Positions 22,374 to 34,405 of a DNA stretch of 34,405 nucleotides are shown piece by piece (the stretch's first letter is position 1; each line of letters starts with the position of its first letter). A program made the translations under genes and the position numbers. The notes beneath the pieces were generated by a model. The model saw only the letters and a program-made list of their open reading frames with translations. It did not search any database and was not told where the DNA came from. Origin of the DNA: Phoronis australis (lineage: Eukaryota > Animalia > Phoronida); assembly GCA_002633005.1 (NCBI GenBank), contig NMRA01000205.1:68565-102969 (forward strand). Reading direction: 5' to 3'.

Positions 22374-23193
22374 CAACGGTGGTTTGGTAAGTGGTCCTTT
22401 GTCAAGATCAACCCAAGTTGCTGTGGTTACTAGTAGTTATTTTGCAATATTTAAAACGCACCAAATCAAAAATGCATTTTTGACATTTCAGGCTGCAACT
22501 GTGCAAATGCCAGAGAAAACCAACTTCCACATAATAACAACAACCACTGTTGAGAAAGTAGTGTTAGCCAGACCTTTCTCTTTCATTAGCTGAATACAAA
22601 GGGCGTACTGAATACTTGTAAGGCATTATAAAAGTTGTCTGACAGAGGGCAAAGGGAATCTCAGTGAGGACCAGTGTAAGCCAGAAATTCTTCACACTGA
22701 CACTATAATCTGTAAATTTGGGACATGGAAATTCAAGCAGACTGAATTTTCCTGCTCCTTAAATTTGAACAAGGGTGACTTTTATTTTTGATTATTTCAA
22801 AAGAGCAAATTAAACTACTGGTGCCAAAACATATGATCACAGTCATTTGCACAAACTAATTTAAATCATTCTCAACTATTAGTTTAGTACTTCAATACAC
22901 CTAGACAAATGACATGCATCACCTACGTAGCACCAGGATGTACTGTTGTATCAATCATAAACTCAGAAGATCACTCCAAGTCAGGAAGCTTCAACAAGCC
23001 AAAAGTATTCAGACAAAGTGACCTGCAATTCTCTGTCATGACCGCTGACTTCAAGCCACTCAGGTCAAGAGTCTTCTCCCATGACCGAGAATGAAGATTA
23101 TACGAGAAAGTTAAGTTTTGTAACAAGAATTCTGATGCCCCAACACTAATTACCAGTCATTCTTGCTGTTAGTTGTCATGATGGGGAAATAGC

Positions 23194-23448
23194 ATTTATG
23201 ATTACTTTTGTCTTCTATTGTATTTATGATTACTTGTCTTCTATTGTATTTATGATTACTTTTGTCTTCTATTGTATTTATGATTACTTTTGTCTTCTAT
23301 TGTATTTATGATTGCTTTTGTCTTCTATTGTATTTATGATTACTTTTGTCTTCTATTGTATTCATGATTACTTTTGTCTTCTATTGTATTTATGATTACT
23401 TTCGTCTTCTATTGTATTCATGATTACTTTTGTCTTGTATTGTATTTA
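23194..23448. repeat. 28-bp AT-rich minisatellite, about 9 copies
   Basis: Unit ATTTATGATTACTTTTGTCTTCTATTGT. Confidence 0.96.
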
Positions 23449-24558
23449 ATTCTTTAACTCTAACCAAAACATTGTTGGCCCCGCAAATGTATCCATCTAG
23501 TTTTCAGTCATAAAAGCTCAGAGTTGTACTGTCAAAGTTGGGACAATCTTACGCTTTCAATTTCTTATCCACCACAAAGAACTAGATATACACACTCAAT
23601 CCCATAATATAACTAGATATACACACTCAATCCCATTTCTAACACTCATTTTTGACACCAAATAACAGCCATGACCTTAATTCAAATCACATCTGTTCTA
23701 CATCTTGACCAAGTATTGAACCAATAAACCCAAAAGAATGTACTGTCTGTCTCACCAATTTAGGACACAATAACAGGACAACTGACATTTCATATCAGAT
23801 TCCCCATTTGTTTCATAAAAGACAAATAGTATCAAACTCACAACAACAAAATTTGTCATCTTTAAATCATGGGTAAAATCATCAGCAAATACATGCATTT
23901 CACAAAAATACAAGAAAGTAAAATTCAATGAAAGTAGAATCTAGAATATAATTTTGGGCTTCATACCAATATGACCTTGATCGGGTCACATGATCACCCA
24001 TGCATAAATTTCAGTGCAAAATGTATACCTTACTTTGGCCTGAAAGAAAGTACATTTACACCAAAACAATGGTATTAACATCACGACCAAGGTGAAGTCT
24101 CAAAAATGCGGTCATAATTTCATAGTTTTCTAAACTACCATTTTTGTTTACTGCAAAGATTTTCTTCCAGCTGAAAATAATAAAATGTTCCATTCTGGTG
24201 GCAGCTCTTCTTTTTAGACATAATGAAGAAACTGAAGGGTGGTGAATTGTAAGTTATTTATTTTCATCTCAGCTGGTGGACTACCATCAACAGGAATTCA
24301 TAATTTTCCAATATTCACACAATAGTCCATTCAATTGTGGTCTCAATATTTGTCATCGATGACATCTGTAGTCCATGTGCATAAGTGCCTATGACAATAT
24401 ACACTAATTACTGAAATAATTTCTATAAATTAGACTTTGATGTCACGTGTTCATAATAAACCTACATGTATGTTCACCAACTGTGAAGTTGGAACATATC
24501 AACACTGAATTTCTGTTCTAAATATTAAGTCACTTTCATCCTGCGAAACAAACTCCAG

Positions 24559-24802
24559 GTGCCCATTCCAAGAAAACTGACTTAGTTATAAGAAATCTTA
24601 AATTAAATCCATTTAAAAAAATAAGTTTGTCCTAAGTCCATTCCAAGAAAGTGATCTTAAGTTTTACTTAAGTTTTTTACTTACGTTTTGTCCGGGTGAG
24701 TTTGACTAACTTATGTGGAAGCTTCACTAAGTTTGGAAGTTGAGATAAATCTTATAGACTTAAGTCAAAAATCAACTTGAGTCAGTTTCTTGGAAGGGGT
24801 CC
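24559..24802. mobile_element. PIF/Harbinger-like MITE
   Basis: Imperfect TIRs GTGCCCATTCCAAGAAAACTGACT / AGTCAGTTTCTTGGAAGGGGTCC flanked by a CAG direct repeat (24556-24558, 24803-24805); internal CTTAAG-type motifs. Confidence 0.72.
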
Positions 24803-24974
24803 CAGAACTGTCTTTGCACAAATCACAACAGCATAGCACCAGGTAAAAGGTCTTTCACTAAGAAGTTAGGAAATGTAATATAAACATAAACTGTCAACAC
24901 CATAAGTTATCAAGAGAAAAATCTTCAACTCACATTCAAGAACATCACAATGTAGAACAAGGATAACATCATAC

Positions 24975-25076
24975 CTGAAGGTTGGTTGATGCAAGTCACC
25001 GCCCTCTGCCCATTCCGACACAAACACTGGTTGGGGGCTATACACCTACCCGTGCCACATGGCGTCTTGCATACCG
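24975..25076 (-). CDS. EGF protein exon 3 (VWCE-type first EGF)
   Basis: PVCKTPCGTGRCIAPNQCLCRNGQRAVTCINQPS, close to remembered human VWCE [29 protein letters not shown]; ttgcag|...G|gtatga. Confidence 0.9.
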
Positions 25077-26662
25077 CTGCAATTAAACAAAGATATATAA
25101 TTGAGCGACGACATCAAGACAACTACAGTAATATTATGCAACAACTACACATAAAATATTGAATGGACAAAATAACCACTACATAAATAAAATAAAACAA
25201 CAATAAGCAGTTACTCATAACTGCAAATGTTCACAAATTAATCAACATACAATTAAAGTTTTGCCAAAGTGACTATTCTTACAGCCTAAGCAAAAATACA
25301 TTGAAGAGTTGGGTAAAAACTACATCAGTGAACTCATAAAAACAAATATTTTGGACAAGTAATGAACATGTTCTAAATCCCATTTCTCAAACCACAACTA
25401 TGAATGTTCTTACCAACTGGGATTACAATAGACAACTGCCACTTAGACTGTTATGACTGACTTCTTTTGTTTGGGGATTAAGGACCTGGGGTGGATGTGA
25501 GTGCTAAGAGCTGCCTGTTTGTGACAACTGGGACCTTTTAGTAGACACTGGACTATAAAAACTAATTTCTCACTGGAAATTGATTTTTTCTCGTTGTTTG
25601 AACATAAAGAATCAGTTTACAACCACAGATACTGAAGAGAAATAATGCACATTGCAACTGTAGTTCCCTCCACTGACAAGTCCCAGCCTCTAACAACACT
25701 TAAAGGGGCAAGTTCTTCCTTTTCACCATGGCTAAACACAGTGATCAAAAGCCCCAAAGAATGCTGTGAAATTTGAATGGGAAGTGCTTCATGAAATGGT
25801 AGGTGAGAGCAGTGTCATTACTTGTCACTGACACAAGAATTTGAAAATTTAAATAGTTACCAGAAATACATCTCTGAATACTTGTTGAAATGATTAGAAG
25901 ATGAGAACTTGGACTAATTGGATGCTCTGTGTGTAAGTCAAGTAACCAACTAGTATAAAGGAGCAACGCCAATTAATTGTAATAGTCATTTACAGGGTCT
26001 ATGCATTTTCAGAGAACCAGTTTTCTTGACTAAATAACATGCGTCAAACTGGTTCTCAAAATGCAGGGACTCCTGTAAATGACTAGTGCCCCAGGACATT
26101 TCAGTAAGAGTGCAGGCAGCTGCACCAACACAGTCATCTCTGTTCTCCACTCCCCAAGCTTGGTCATAAAAAGAAACATGTTTGCAGTATGTGCTGCTCA
26201 ATTTCAAATATTTTGTGATGCTCTTTGGAAAATGAACTGTAGCCGCCACAAAATGAACTATGGTCACAACAATTAAGATGCTGACAGTGTGACCACTACC
26301 TCAAAACAGTAAAGCAACAAAAAATTCCAAACAATGATTTGACCATGATATGATATCTATCAATACAAATTCTTTAATCCTTGTCATTACTTGAATTGCA
26401 CATGGACAGGCCTACTATTGACTAATACTGACTGAGTTCCTGTGTTTTTTCATAAAAAATAATAAAAATCCTATATTTGAGCCCTTCCTGGAACTTGGAA
26501 ATTTTTAAAAACAATTAACAACATTTTGTAGAACAGTGCATAAAGCTCGTATATGAAAGCTTCGGAGACAGCCATCTTGTTCCAAAGTTTGACAAATTTA
26601 GCCATTTTTCTAGGATCCTGCAGGATGTTAACTCACTTTTCAAGAAACAGGCTCCATAGAAG

Positions 26663-26766
26663 AATGCTCAGTTTACAGAGAACAATGCTCAGTTTACAGA
26701 GAACAATGCTCAGTTTACAGAGAACAATGCTCAGTTTACAGAGAACAATGCTCAGTTTACAGAGAA
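26663..26766. repeat. 21-bp minisatellite, 5 copies
   Basis: Unit AATGCTCAGTTTACAGAGAAC. Confidence 0.95.
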
Positions 26767-28862
26767 GAGAACAAAACCCTACTGTGAATAGATGACCACA
26801 GGCTTAACTCACTGACTGCACTCAATGAGGACAAAATCTTGAGCACCAATTTCAGACAAAATAATTGTTAAAATAGCACTTCTCTTCATTTTTCAAGGAC
26901 TTAATTCAAATGTTATGAATGATGACAATATTTCAAAATATCCGACACAAATTGAATGTGGTAAAGCATCATTTTGCCGCTAAGCATTATTCATGTTAAA
27001 ATGAAAAAATAAAATTTCACCAATCCACCATACTGTGCCATAAATTGGTGACATTTTACCATAGCACTGGTTTTATCACGAAAATCAATGTATAACATTA
27101 TTGAAAATTCTATAAGATCTGTCTTTTCCTCTATCATATGCTCAGTGCCAGAAGACAGCATCAACCTATTATTCTAGGATGAGAAGCCAGAGTGGGTAAC
27201 TGGGCAATTATCAAACAAAAGGCTGGTAGCTTGAAGTCAACAAAGTTACTGTTAGGTTATTCAATCCTACAGGGTTTTGGGAACCAGCTGGGAATGCTAT
27301 GAATACAACAAGTAACTCTGGGGGGGACAGAATCTACTGCAGGAATAATCCTGACCAGCTTTGACCCCGTGACCTTTAGGTGCACCTGATGATAAATAGT
27401 GTGTATGCTCATCAGACTTAGAGTAATTAAAGTGGTAACATGTGAAACAGAAACCAAGGCAATTGAAATAAGAACAGAGTCATGTTTTACTTGACTGGCC
27501 GAAAAGTGACTAGAGTCTTGCGTTTTAAAAGATATGCATGGGGGTACACTGCTGCAAGGTACTCGCGCCTTTTTTATTTTTCTATGCGTCAATGGCCCAA
27601 AGGAGCAGTCGAGGAATATGCCTGCTACTGCCCTATTTATACTCTATGCAACTGGGTGTTTATGACAGAGGGCACTCTTTAATGATGTTTGTTATGACAC
27701 ATGCTTGACCTTACAAGCAGTTGGTTTTTGTTGTCAGCATGCACAGCAGGCACCAGACAAATTAGTTGTAAAAACTGTCCAGGTGGTCCTGTCCTTCAAA
27801 AGTACACTCGTTCTTTACTTATTCAGTACACAATGACCTGAAATTCAATTTTGTAAAAAAAATCTTCACAAAAACAAAGACAAAAATGTTTAGTCTATTG
27901 CTAGCCCAATGTGCACTTTGTACATGTCATAAAACACTTGGTGTAGTTTCTACTAGGTGTAGCAAAATAATCTCAAATGTAAAAAAGGCAGTTTTGCCAA
28001 TAAGTGAACAAGGCAAAATCGGGCAGGCATTCCATAGCCATAAAACCGGGGAAAACATCACTCAAACGATGAAGTATCACCACGTATCATAATATGAGAT
28101 TCATGCACCTACCAAACGTAGCCCAGATCTCATGACTGAATTGCCATGTACAAACCAGTCTGCTGAATGACCAACAAATAGTTAGGAGTAATTATTTGAT
28201 TCGCTTTATGTTGACATTGCAATGACTTTTTGTGATAACTTCTTTTCTTAAAAAATTAAGTAATAAACTAGTCACTAGTATTGTATAGCTTCAGTGCTTC
28301 AGCCCTTTACATCTGTGGAAGACTATCAGTAGGGCACCGTTATGCAGATTGTTATATAGCATCATTCCTGCTGTTTCTGCAGCTGATACTTGAAATAAAT
28401 TTTACACTTAAGAGTATGCAAAGAATTAAATAAAAGTAGTTCCCAAAAGTAGAAAGTCCAAACAATTTGTTTTTTGGCTTTATAACAATCTCCCATTGCT
28501 GAAATCACGAGGCCATGTTTTTTATTAAATTGTACACTCATACTGAAACAATGACATCCCGTTTCTTTTGATATTCTAAATCATAATATAATCTCAAAAA
28601 CTTAACTTGCAGTTTACTAGATTACCACTTCCTTTTTGTCTTACTCTAAAGCTTTTCATAAAATATCATAGTTTACGATTAAGCGCTCCTCAGTATGCAA
28701 TTCTTACAAAAATATTCTTAGTAATTTCTTAGGAGAATGTGAAGAACGAAACTGAAAATCATTGGACCGAAAAAGTTTCATTTGAATCAAATCAACTGAG
28801 ATATTTTCTGTAGTTTGTGAAAATATAACATTTTTTCTAGGGTTATTCATAACCTCAAATTC

Positions 28863-28949
28863 AATTAACATGATTTGTTGACTTTATAAAAATTAACATG
28901 ATTTGTTGACTTTATAACAATTAACATGATTTGTTGACTTTATAACAAT
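28863..28949. repeat. 28-bp tandem repeat, 3 copies
   Basis: Unit AATTAACATGATTTGTTGACTTTATAAC. Confidence 0.93.
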
Positions 28950-31103
28950 CTGCCATTACTGATGTCACGTGACCAAGTTTTTTATTAAACGTTACCTTAA
29001 GTTTGTGGAGTTTAATATTCACATACCGTATGAAATGATAATTTCACACTCGGGATAAAACTTCCCCCTTAACTGCACTGTGGCTAATTCAAGAACAAAA
29101 ATAAAATGACCCTTAGTAAATCATAACCCAGTTAGATTTGATCCCTGTAATTTCTAGGCAGCCAATTAGTGCTTTCTAAAACCATTGATAATTAAGGCCA
29201 TACTGCAAAGAGCAAAGTTCAGTTTGCCTTGCATAAACACCACAAAACCCACTTAAGATTATGTAACGTCTTATTGACTTGTGTAGGATCTTATCGATAG
29301 GTCAATAAGTACAAAACTATAAATTTAACTCCATGAAAGTAGAAAGCCTGTAGAATTTGATTTTTGACTTCACACCAATCCCTCATGGGTCACATGACCA
29401 TGCCTTTTCAGAAAATTTTAGCAAAAAGCAAAGATAAATTCACAGCAAAACCAAGCCCCATCACTGTCATGGACAAATTGTGATTGATATTTTAAAGTAT
29501 AAGGCGGAATCTTAAAAATACCAGTTTCAGTTTTATAAATTACTGGTCATTTCGTTTTTGTTTTATGCAATTTCGAATTTTTTATAAAAGTTCTCTTTTG
29601 ATATACCATCTTGCAAAAGTGAATTAGTTTAAAAATAATTCCGAACCGCATTTTGACGAACACTGCATTAACATTAGAAACTTTCGCTTGAATCCAACCA
29701 GCCATTTCTGAGATGCAGTGTCCCAAAGTTAGCCAAATTTGGACATTTTTCTAGTCAAGAGTCCTACATGAACTCTAAGAGGCTTAAGATGAAAGATTTC
29801 TGTCGCCAAACAAATACCATGGATTAATTGACCCCACAAATATGAGCCATTTCCTGCCACATGAAAATGAATAGGGCAAGTGGTCTAAAATGAGAAATCA
29901 GCATATTTGTTGTCTTTGGACTAAAAATTGCACTTCCTAGGTAGTTGGTGATTCATCCTACATCCCAAAACTTGAACTGTATTTAGGGAAAATTTCAAAA
30001 AACGCAAACAGTCAAATTTATGGATTAACACAGTTCTACATTCATGATGTAGTGAGGCCAACTTGTACTATCAATATTGTAGGTTTTGCACTTGCCAAAT
30101 GGCAGTTATTTGATTATTGAGATAGCCTTGCATTTATTTCTTTACCAACAAATTTGTTCTCAAATTCAAAACAGTCTAATTTGATAACTCAATTTACAAA
30201 TTGTTTTAATCAGATTTTGGCCAAATCAAAGAAAATTTAAAAATAAGCACAACTACATAACTGTCATGTTCAACATTTTGCTTTCATCACTAAAGCATTA
30301 TCAAGACAATATACCAATGTACACTCAACAGTGTCAAGCACTAAACTAGGTGAACAAAAAACAAGTATACTGAAACATAACAAACTGCCAGTTGAAGGCA
30401 ACAGATCACTGCTGATGAGTGAATGGGCAGCTTCATCAGCCTCAATGGCCAAAGACTCTTTAGTTTAGCTGGAGCTTATTTGAAATGGCAACGTGCTGGT
30501 GAAAATAAATAAAAAGTTGCATATCACATTGTTTAGCTGGCTAAAAAAAAACAAAAATTAAATTAGCCACTTTACTTTCATCAAATTGTTCTCCTGATAT
30601 TGCTTGTGGTGATAGGATTATTGTTTCTATTTCTAACAACAACATCCAACGAAACGCTTTCAGACCATATTGAAATATTACGAGTCAGACCAATTTGATG
30701 AAAGTAAAAGGTCTACACTAAATATTCTCCAGTTTGTGACACAACATGGCAAACAGGTGAAATTTCATTTTGTCAAAGTTCTCAACAAAAATAACTTTCC
30801 AGGAAGATTTACTTTGTTTTTTATAATGGTTTGTATGGTGGAGCCATTATCAAACAACATTTGGTAAAATTTAGAGCATTTGCAATTTGGTGATCTGGCT
30901 TCTTTAAAATTGAAATGTAGCTATTCTATCAACTACTTTTGTCCGAAGTTGAAGAACTTTTACTGTAATTTGATTTTTTAGTCAGATAAACAGGGCAAAT
31001 GCAGCTTTAACTGCCACACTCTCACTTGTTAACAGTTAAAAATATTTATGCCAAATCAACGACAAATATTTTCCAAAATATCAGTTTTAAAACCGTTACT
31101 CAC

Positions 31104-31192
31104 GCTTTAAACAAGGACCCCTTGGGAATGAATGTGTCCATCCTTCACAACACATCTCAACATGCTCTACAACCTCACAGACATGAATGCCC
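31104..31192 (-). CDS. EGF protein exon 2 (short EMI-like N-terminal module)
   Basis: RGIHVCEVVEHVEMCCEGWTHSFPRGPCLK; G.HVC...CC.GW...C pattern as in the VWCE N-terminus; ttttag|...C|gtgagt; phase 2-1. Confidence 0.9.
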
Positions 31193-31606
31193 CTAAAACA
31201 AACAGAATCGTGGAAAATACTGAATAACAATTCTATGTCAAATTAAAACATAGGTGTATAATGTTACAGTTTCATTTAAGCTTCCACAAGCAATTTGGGT
31301 ATGAAACAGAAAATAAATTAAACCTTTTTTAAACTTTGAAATGGAGCTTAATTGAAATTCTTAATGTTTAGGCCTACACAAATTCACAGCAATTTAAGTT
31401 CTAAAGTAAAAATTACAATTTCCATTCATATGGTGGCAAACTGTAATGAAACAATTGATTAAGAAATCCCTTATATCAACATTTTGATATAGTAAACATT
31501 GCTCACTTTGCTACATGAATTTCGAATTTTTGATTCACAACACTGGACACGGGCATTGTGGGCCTCAGTGAGGGCCTTGGCCAAGACTCTTAACATTTAA
31601 CTATAC

Positions 31607-31692
31607 CTGTATTGAAAAGTTGGTGATATACACGCTGCTGTGACAAAAAGTGCAATAACTGCCGAGACAGATGACAAACCACCCGACCTCAT
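31607..31692 (-). CDS. EGF protein exon 1 (start codon and signal peptide)
   Basis: MRSGGLSSVSAVIALFVTAACISPTFQY; A at -3; hydrophobic core; AG|gtatag phase 2 joins exon 2 in frame. Confidence 0.85.
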
Positions 31693-31769
31693 AGTCCCCA
31701 GATCACCAGATGGTCTGCTTGGCGGTGAATGCCCGGTAAAATGAATCACCGTTGTCCAAATCCAGTGTT

Positions 31770-31808
31770 CAACTCACTCTAACTCACTGACACTGAATCA
31801 GTTTTATA
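31770..31808 (-). promoter_or_regulatory. Candidate TATA core promoter of the EGF gene
   Basis: Minus-strand TATAAAA at 31808-31802 followed by TCAGT Inr-like motifs, about 110 nt upstream of the ATG; motif evidence only. Confidence 0.35.
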
Positions 31809-32440
31809 AACTTTCCGCAGAGTACAAAAACTTTCTTAAGGTCTTCGTGAAGTATCTAGTAAGAGTAGTTTTCCTGGAGGAGTCATGTTGTACAGGAAAG
31901 CAGCAATGACCACTACTACTGTATCCCAAAAACCGCAACTTCCCAACCAGAGCCTACGACAAGTGCCGCTGTTGTCTGCTTAACTTTTTGGCAGGTGGTT
32001 TCGTTTATTGACCAGTTATTATTCACAGTAAATAGAAGATAAATAGAGAACTACTTAGAGGCTTCTTCTGGCATTATTTAAAGTGATTATGGTATTCTAC
32101 AAAAATATCACTTCATTCTGAAATTGATTACCAAGGAGTCTTTCGTTATTTATTTTTATATAACAAATGCTCCCACTTGTAAACAAATAATAATGCCAAT
32201 TGGTGGCGCCCAAATTGTAGGTGTCGCTGTTCGCAGTTATTCGCCATCTTTGTTGGACAAAAGCGACTGCACGAAATCACTTGGCACACTGTGGTTTCCA
32301 GTGCAATGAATTTAGAGTTACTTGGTGAGTGCCAAACTGGATTTAAAGGCGTTTCAAACAGCATTTGTTTATCATTTATTTATAGGTAAATTCATCGATT
32401 CGCATTTTCAACCACGCTCCTAGTCATTCCAACTCCTGAC

Positions 32441-33001
32441 TGTTGCCACAGACGTAGCCGTGGTATTACTGGGGAACCCAATGGTCGTCCGCCTAAGCAT
32501 AAAACCGACTTGCTGTTGTACTCACCGAATTATTCCACTTCAANTGCGGTAGTAGGAGGCGTGATAATAGTAGTAGCAGTATTCGTAGTAGTAGTAGTAG
32601 GTAAACTGAAAGAACCAAAAAAAACCATGTTCAAGCTTACATGTTGCATAGGGCTCTACCATGTATATACAGTAACATTTAGGAGGACAACGCCCAAGTA
32701 AAATGATAACTGGCAAAGGGTATACATTAATGACAAGCGTTCAAAACATTAAGTACACCTGAGAGAACATGAGTACTCACATACTAATGAATGCAAATAA
32801 ACTGTATTGTAAGAAACATGAGTACTTACGCCAATATCGCCCCAAGTCCAACCAAAATTCCGAAGAAACTAATTATGTACATTGACGTTCATCCACCATA
32901 AAACGTTTGTGGAATGGCGTTCAAATAGAGCGGTACCAGAATAAATAGTCAGAGAGAGCGACATCTGGCGCAAGAACTACAGTGTAGAAAGTCCTCTTAC
33001 A
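32441..33001 (-). mobile_element. Probable solo LTR, 561 bp
   Basis: Minus strand reads TGTAAG...GGCAACA (TG...CA); flanks TGAC/TGGC (4-bp TSD, one mismatch); orientation inferred. Confidence 0.55.
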
Positions 33002-33097
33002 TGGCGGGAAAAAAGTGTATTCGTACGCCCAATCGGAATAACATAACGTAAGATAACGTAACATTGCAGTCTGCAGTAACAACGTTTATTGCATTGT

Positions 33098-33945
33098 TTA
33101 TCACTTAAACGGCTGTTACGGGCATAATGAGTGTCGGTTGATTCCCAGATTTTGCATGCACCCCGTCCTGTCTTTAGCTTTACATGTTGATACAAGTTTC
33201 ATGGCGAGGTGACGAGCAAAACTACCCTGGCTGTGTGCAATTTCGGTGTCTACGGAAGAAATACACACAGTGGTACCTAGCTGTATTTTGACGACAGTCT
33301 TCATAGAGCTAGCTGGCTGGCTACCACAGACGTTGCTGCCTGGAGCTCAGTCACACGTTACTTACAAGTTACACTGTAACTTATAGTCATGCGATGGTGC
33401 TGTCTGGAGCTCAGTCACACGTTACTTACAAGTTACACTGTAACTTATAGTCATGCGATGGTGCTGTCTGGAGCTCAGTCAAACGTTACTTACAAGTTAC
33501 ACTGTAACTTATAGTCATGCGATGGTGCTGCCTGGAGGTCAGTCACACGTTACTTACAAGTTACACTGTAACTTATAGTCATGCGATGGTACTGTCTCTA
33601 CGATTACCTAACTTCAGATCCATTACTGTCCACACATCAAGCTCATGGACAATGGCACACTGGTCCTGCCTGTACGCCGGAATATTTTCTACAAATTGTC
33701 CTTTCGCAGTAACTCTGTGTCTGGTACCCAGCCAGCTAGCTGTATGATTGAAGACTATCGTCATCATACAGTTTGGTACCACTGTGTGTTGATCTCTGTT
33801 AGATCCCGAAATTTCACACAGGCCTGGTACTTCAGCTCATCACCACATCGTTAAACGTATATCAACAACGCTAACGACCGGCAGCAGTGCATGCAAAAGT
33901 GAGTCAACCAATTCTTACCTTGCCCATTGCAGATACTTAAGTGAA
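33098..33945. repeat. Diverged inverted repeat, arms about 33098-33330 and 33718-33945
   Basis: Reverse complement of the left arm (GGTAGCCAGCCAGCTAGCTCTATGAAGACTGTCGTC...GGTACCACTGTGTGT...CCGAAATTGCACACAG...GTGCATGCAAAA) aligns colinearly with the right arm. Confidence 0.85.
33340..33597. repeat. 64-bp tandem repeat, 4 copies
   Basis: Units start at 33340, 33404, 33468, 33532; each holds the hairpin AAGTTACA-C-TGTAACTT. Confidence 0.96.
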
Positions 33946-34330
33946 AATTATCAAGAAACATCATTTTCTTGCATAATTCTCTGTCCTTTGCAACAAAGAA
34001 AAGTATGTCGTCGTTTTGAAAACAATACACTCGTGACACGCACACACGCCATTTCCTATTTTTTGTGACATCTCTCGGGGAAATGATGACAGCTTCGCTG
34101 CAGAAAAATTCGTTTTGAACTTTGGTTTGCTGGTATTGAAATACTAAAAACTTGTAAAGAAATAAAACCAGTTCCGATAATTTGTTGTGACATGTACGCA
34201 ACTCCTTGGAAGAAGAACAGGTAATTGGAAGATTAGCGAAAAAAAAAACTGGTAACGCAATACTTCACGGCTCCGAAAGCTGACGCAAAAGGTCGCTCCA
34301 AAACTTTAGCTGCAGAATAATGGTAGAATG

Positions 34331-34405
34331 CAGGGCTCGACATAACGAGCTGCAGGTCGCATTTGCGACCTGAAATTTGGAAATGCGAGCTGAGATTTTT
34401 GTCAG
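34331..34405. mobile_element. Possible left end of a hAT-like MITE, truncated by the window
   Basis: Starts CAGGGCTCGAC, like the 3415 element; internal palindrome CAGGTCGCA-TT-TGCGACCTG; partner end not visible. Confidence 0.4.

Noticed and set aside
32510-32701. Val-rich transmembrane-like ORF
   Set aside because: Derived from a (GTA)n microsatellite in the putative LTR; also contains an ambiguous base.
33340-33597. Palindromic repeats as a CRISPR array
   Set aside because: Head-to-tail units with no unique spacers, no cas genes, eukaryotic context. The same applies to the other arrays.

Overview
This is intron-rich eukaryotic genomic DNA, probably from a marine invertebrate (inferred from gene and repeat style), so the ORF track shows mostly exon fragments and repeat artefacts. 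I assembled two convergent spliced genes by hand. (1) Plus strand: the last six coding exons of HAUS5 (augmin subunit 5), 1728-8083. (2) Minus strand: an apparently complete 12-exon gene, 31692-10385, encoding a secreted protein of about 1257 aa. It has a signal peptide, a VWCE-like N-terminus and cbEGF/EGF modules, but no VWC domains. A single 2445-nt exon interrupts the EGF array and encodes an Arg/Gln/His-rich Cys-free block, about 17 C-x4-C motifs, two F-x-N-x-F-G-K repeats and CPPG mini-repeats. Non-coding regions contain a Helentron-type element with a CTCF-like motif array and a nested hAT-like MITE, a 1.9-kb CCCGGG-ended foldback element carrying splice signals, a Harbinger-like MITE, a probable solo LTR, a diverged inverted repeat and many minisatellites. 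Family assignments rest on remembered sequences; no searches were run.
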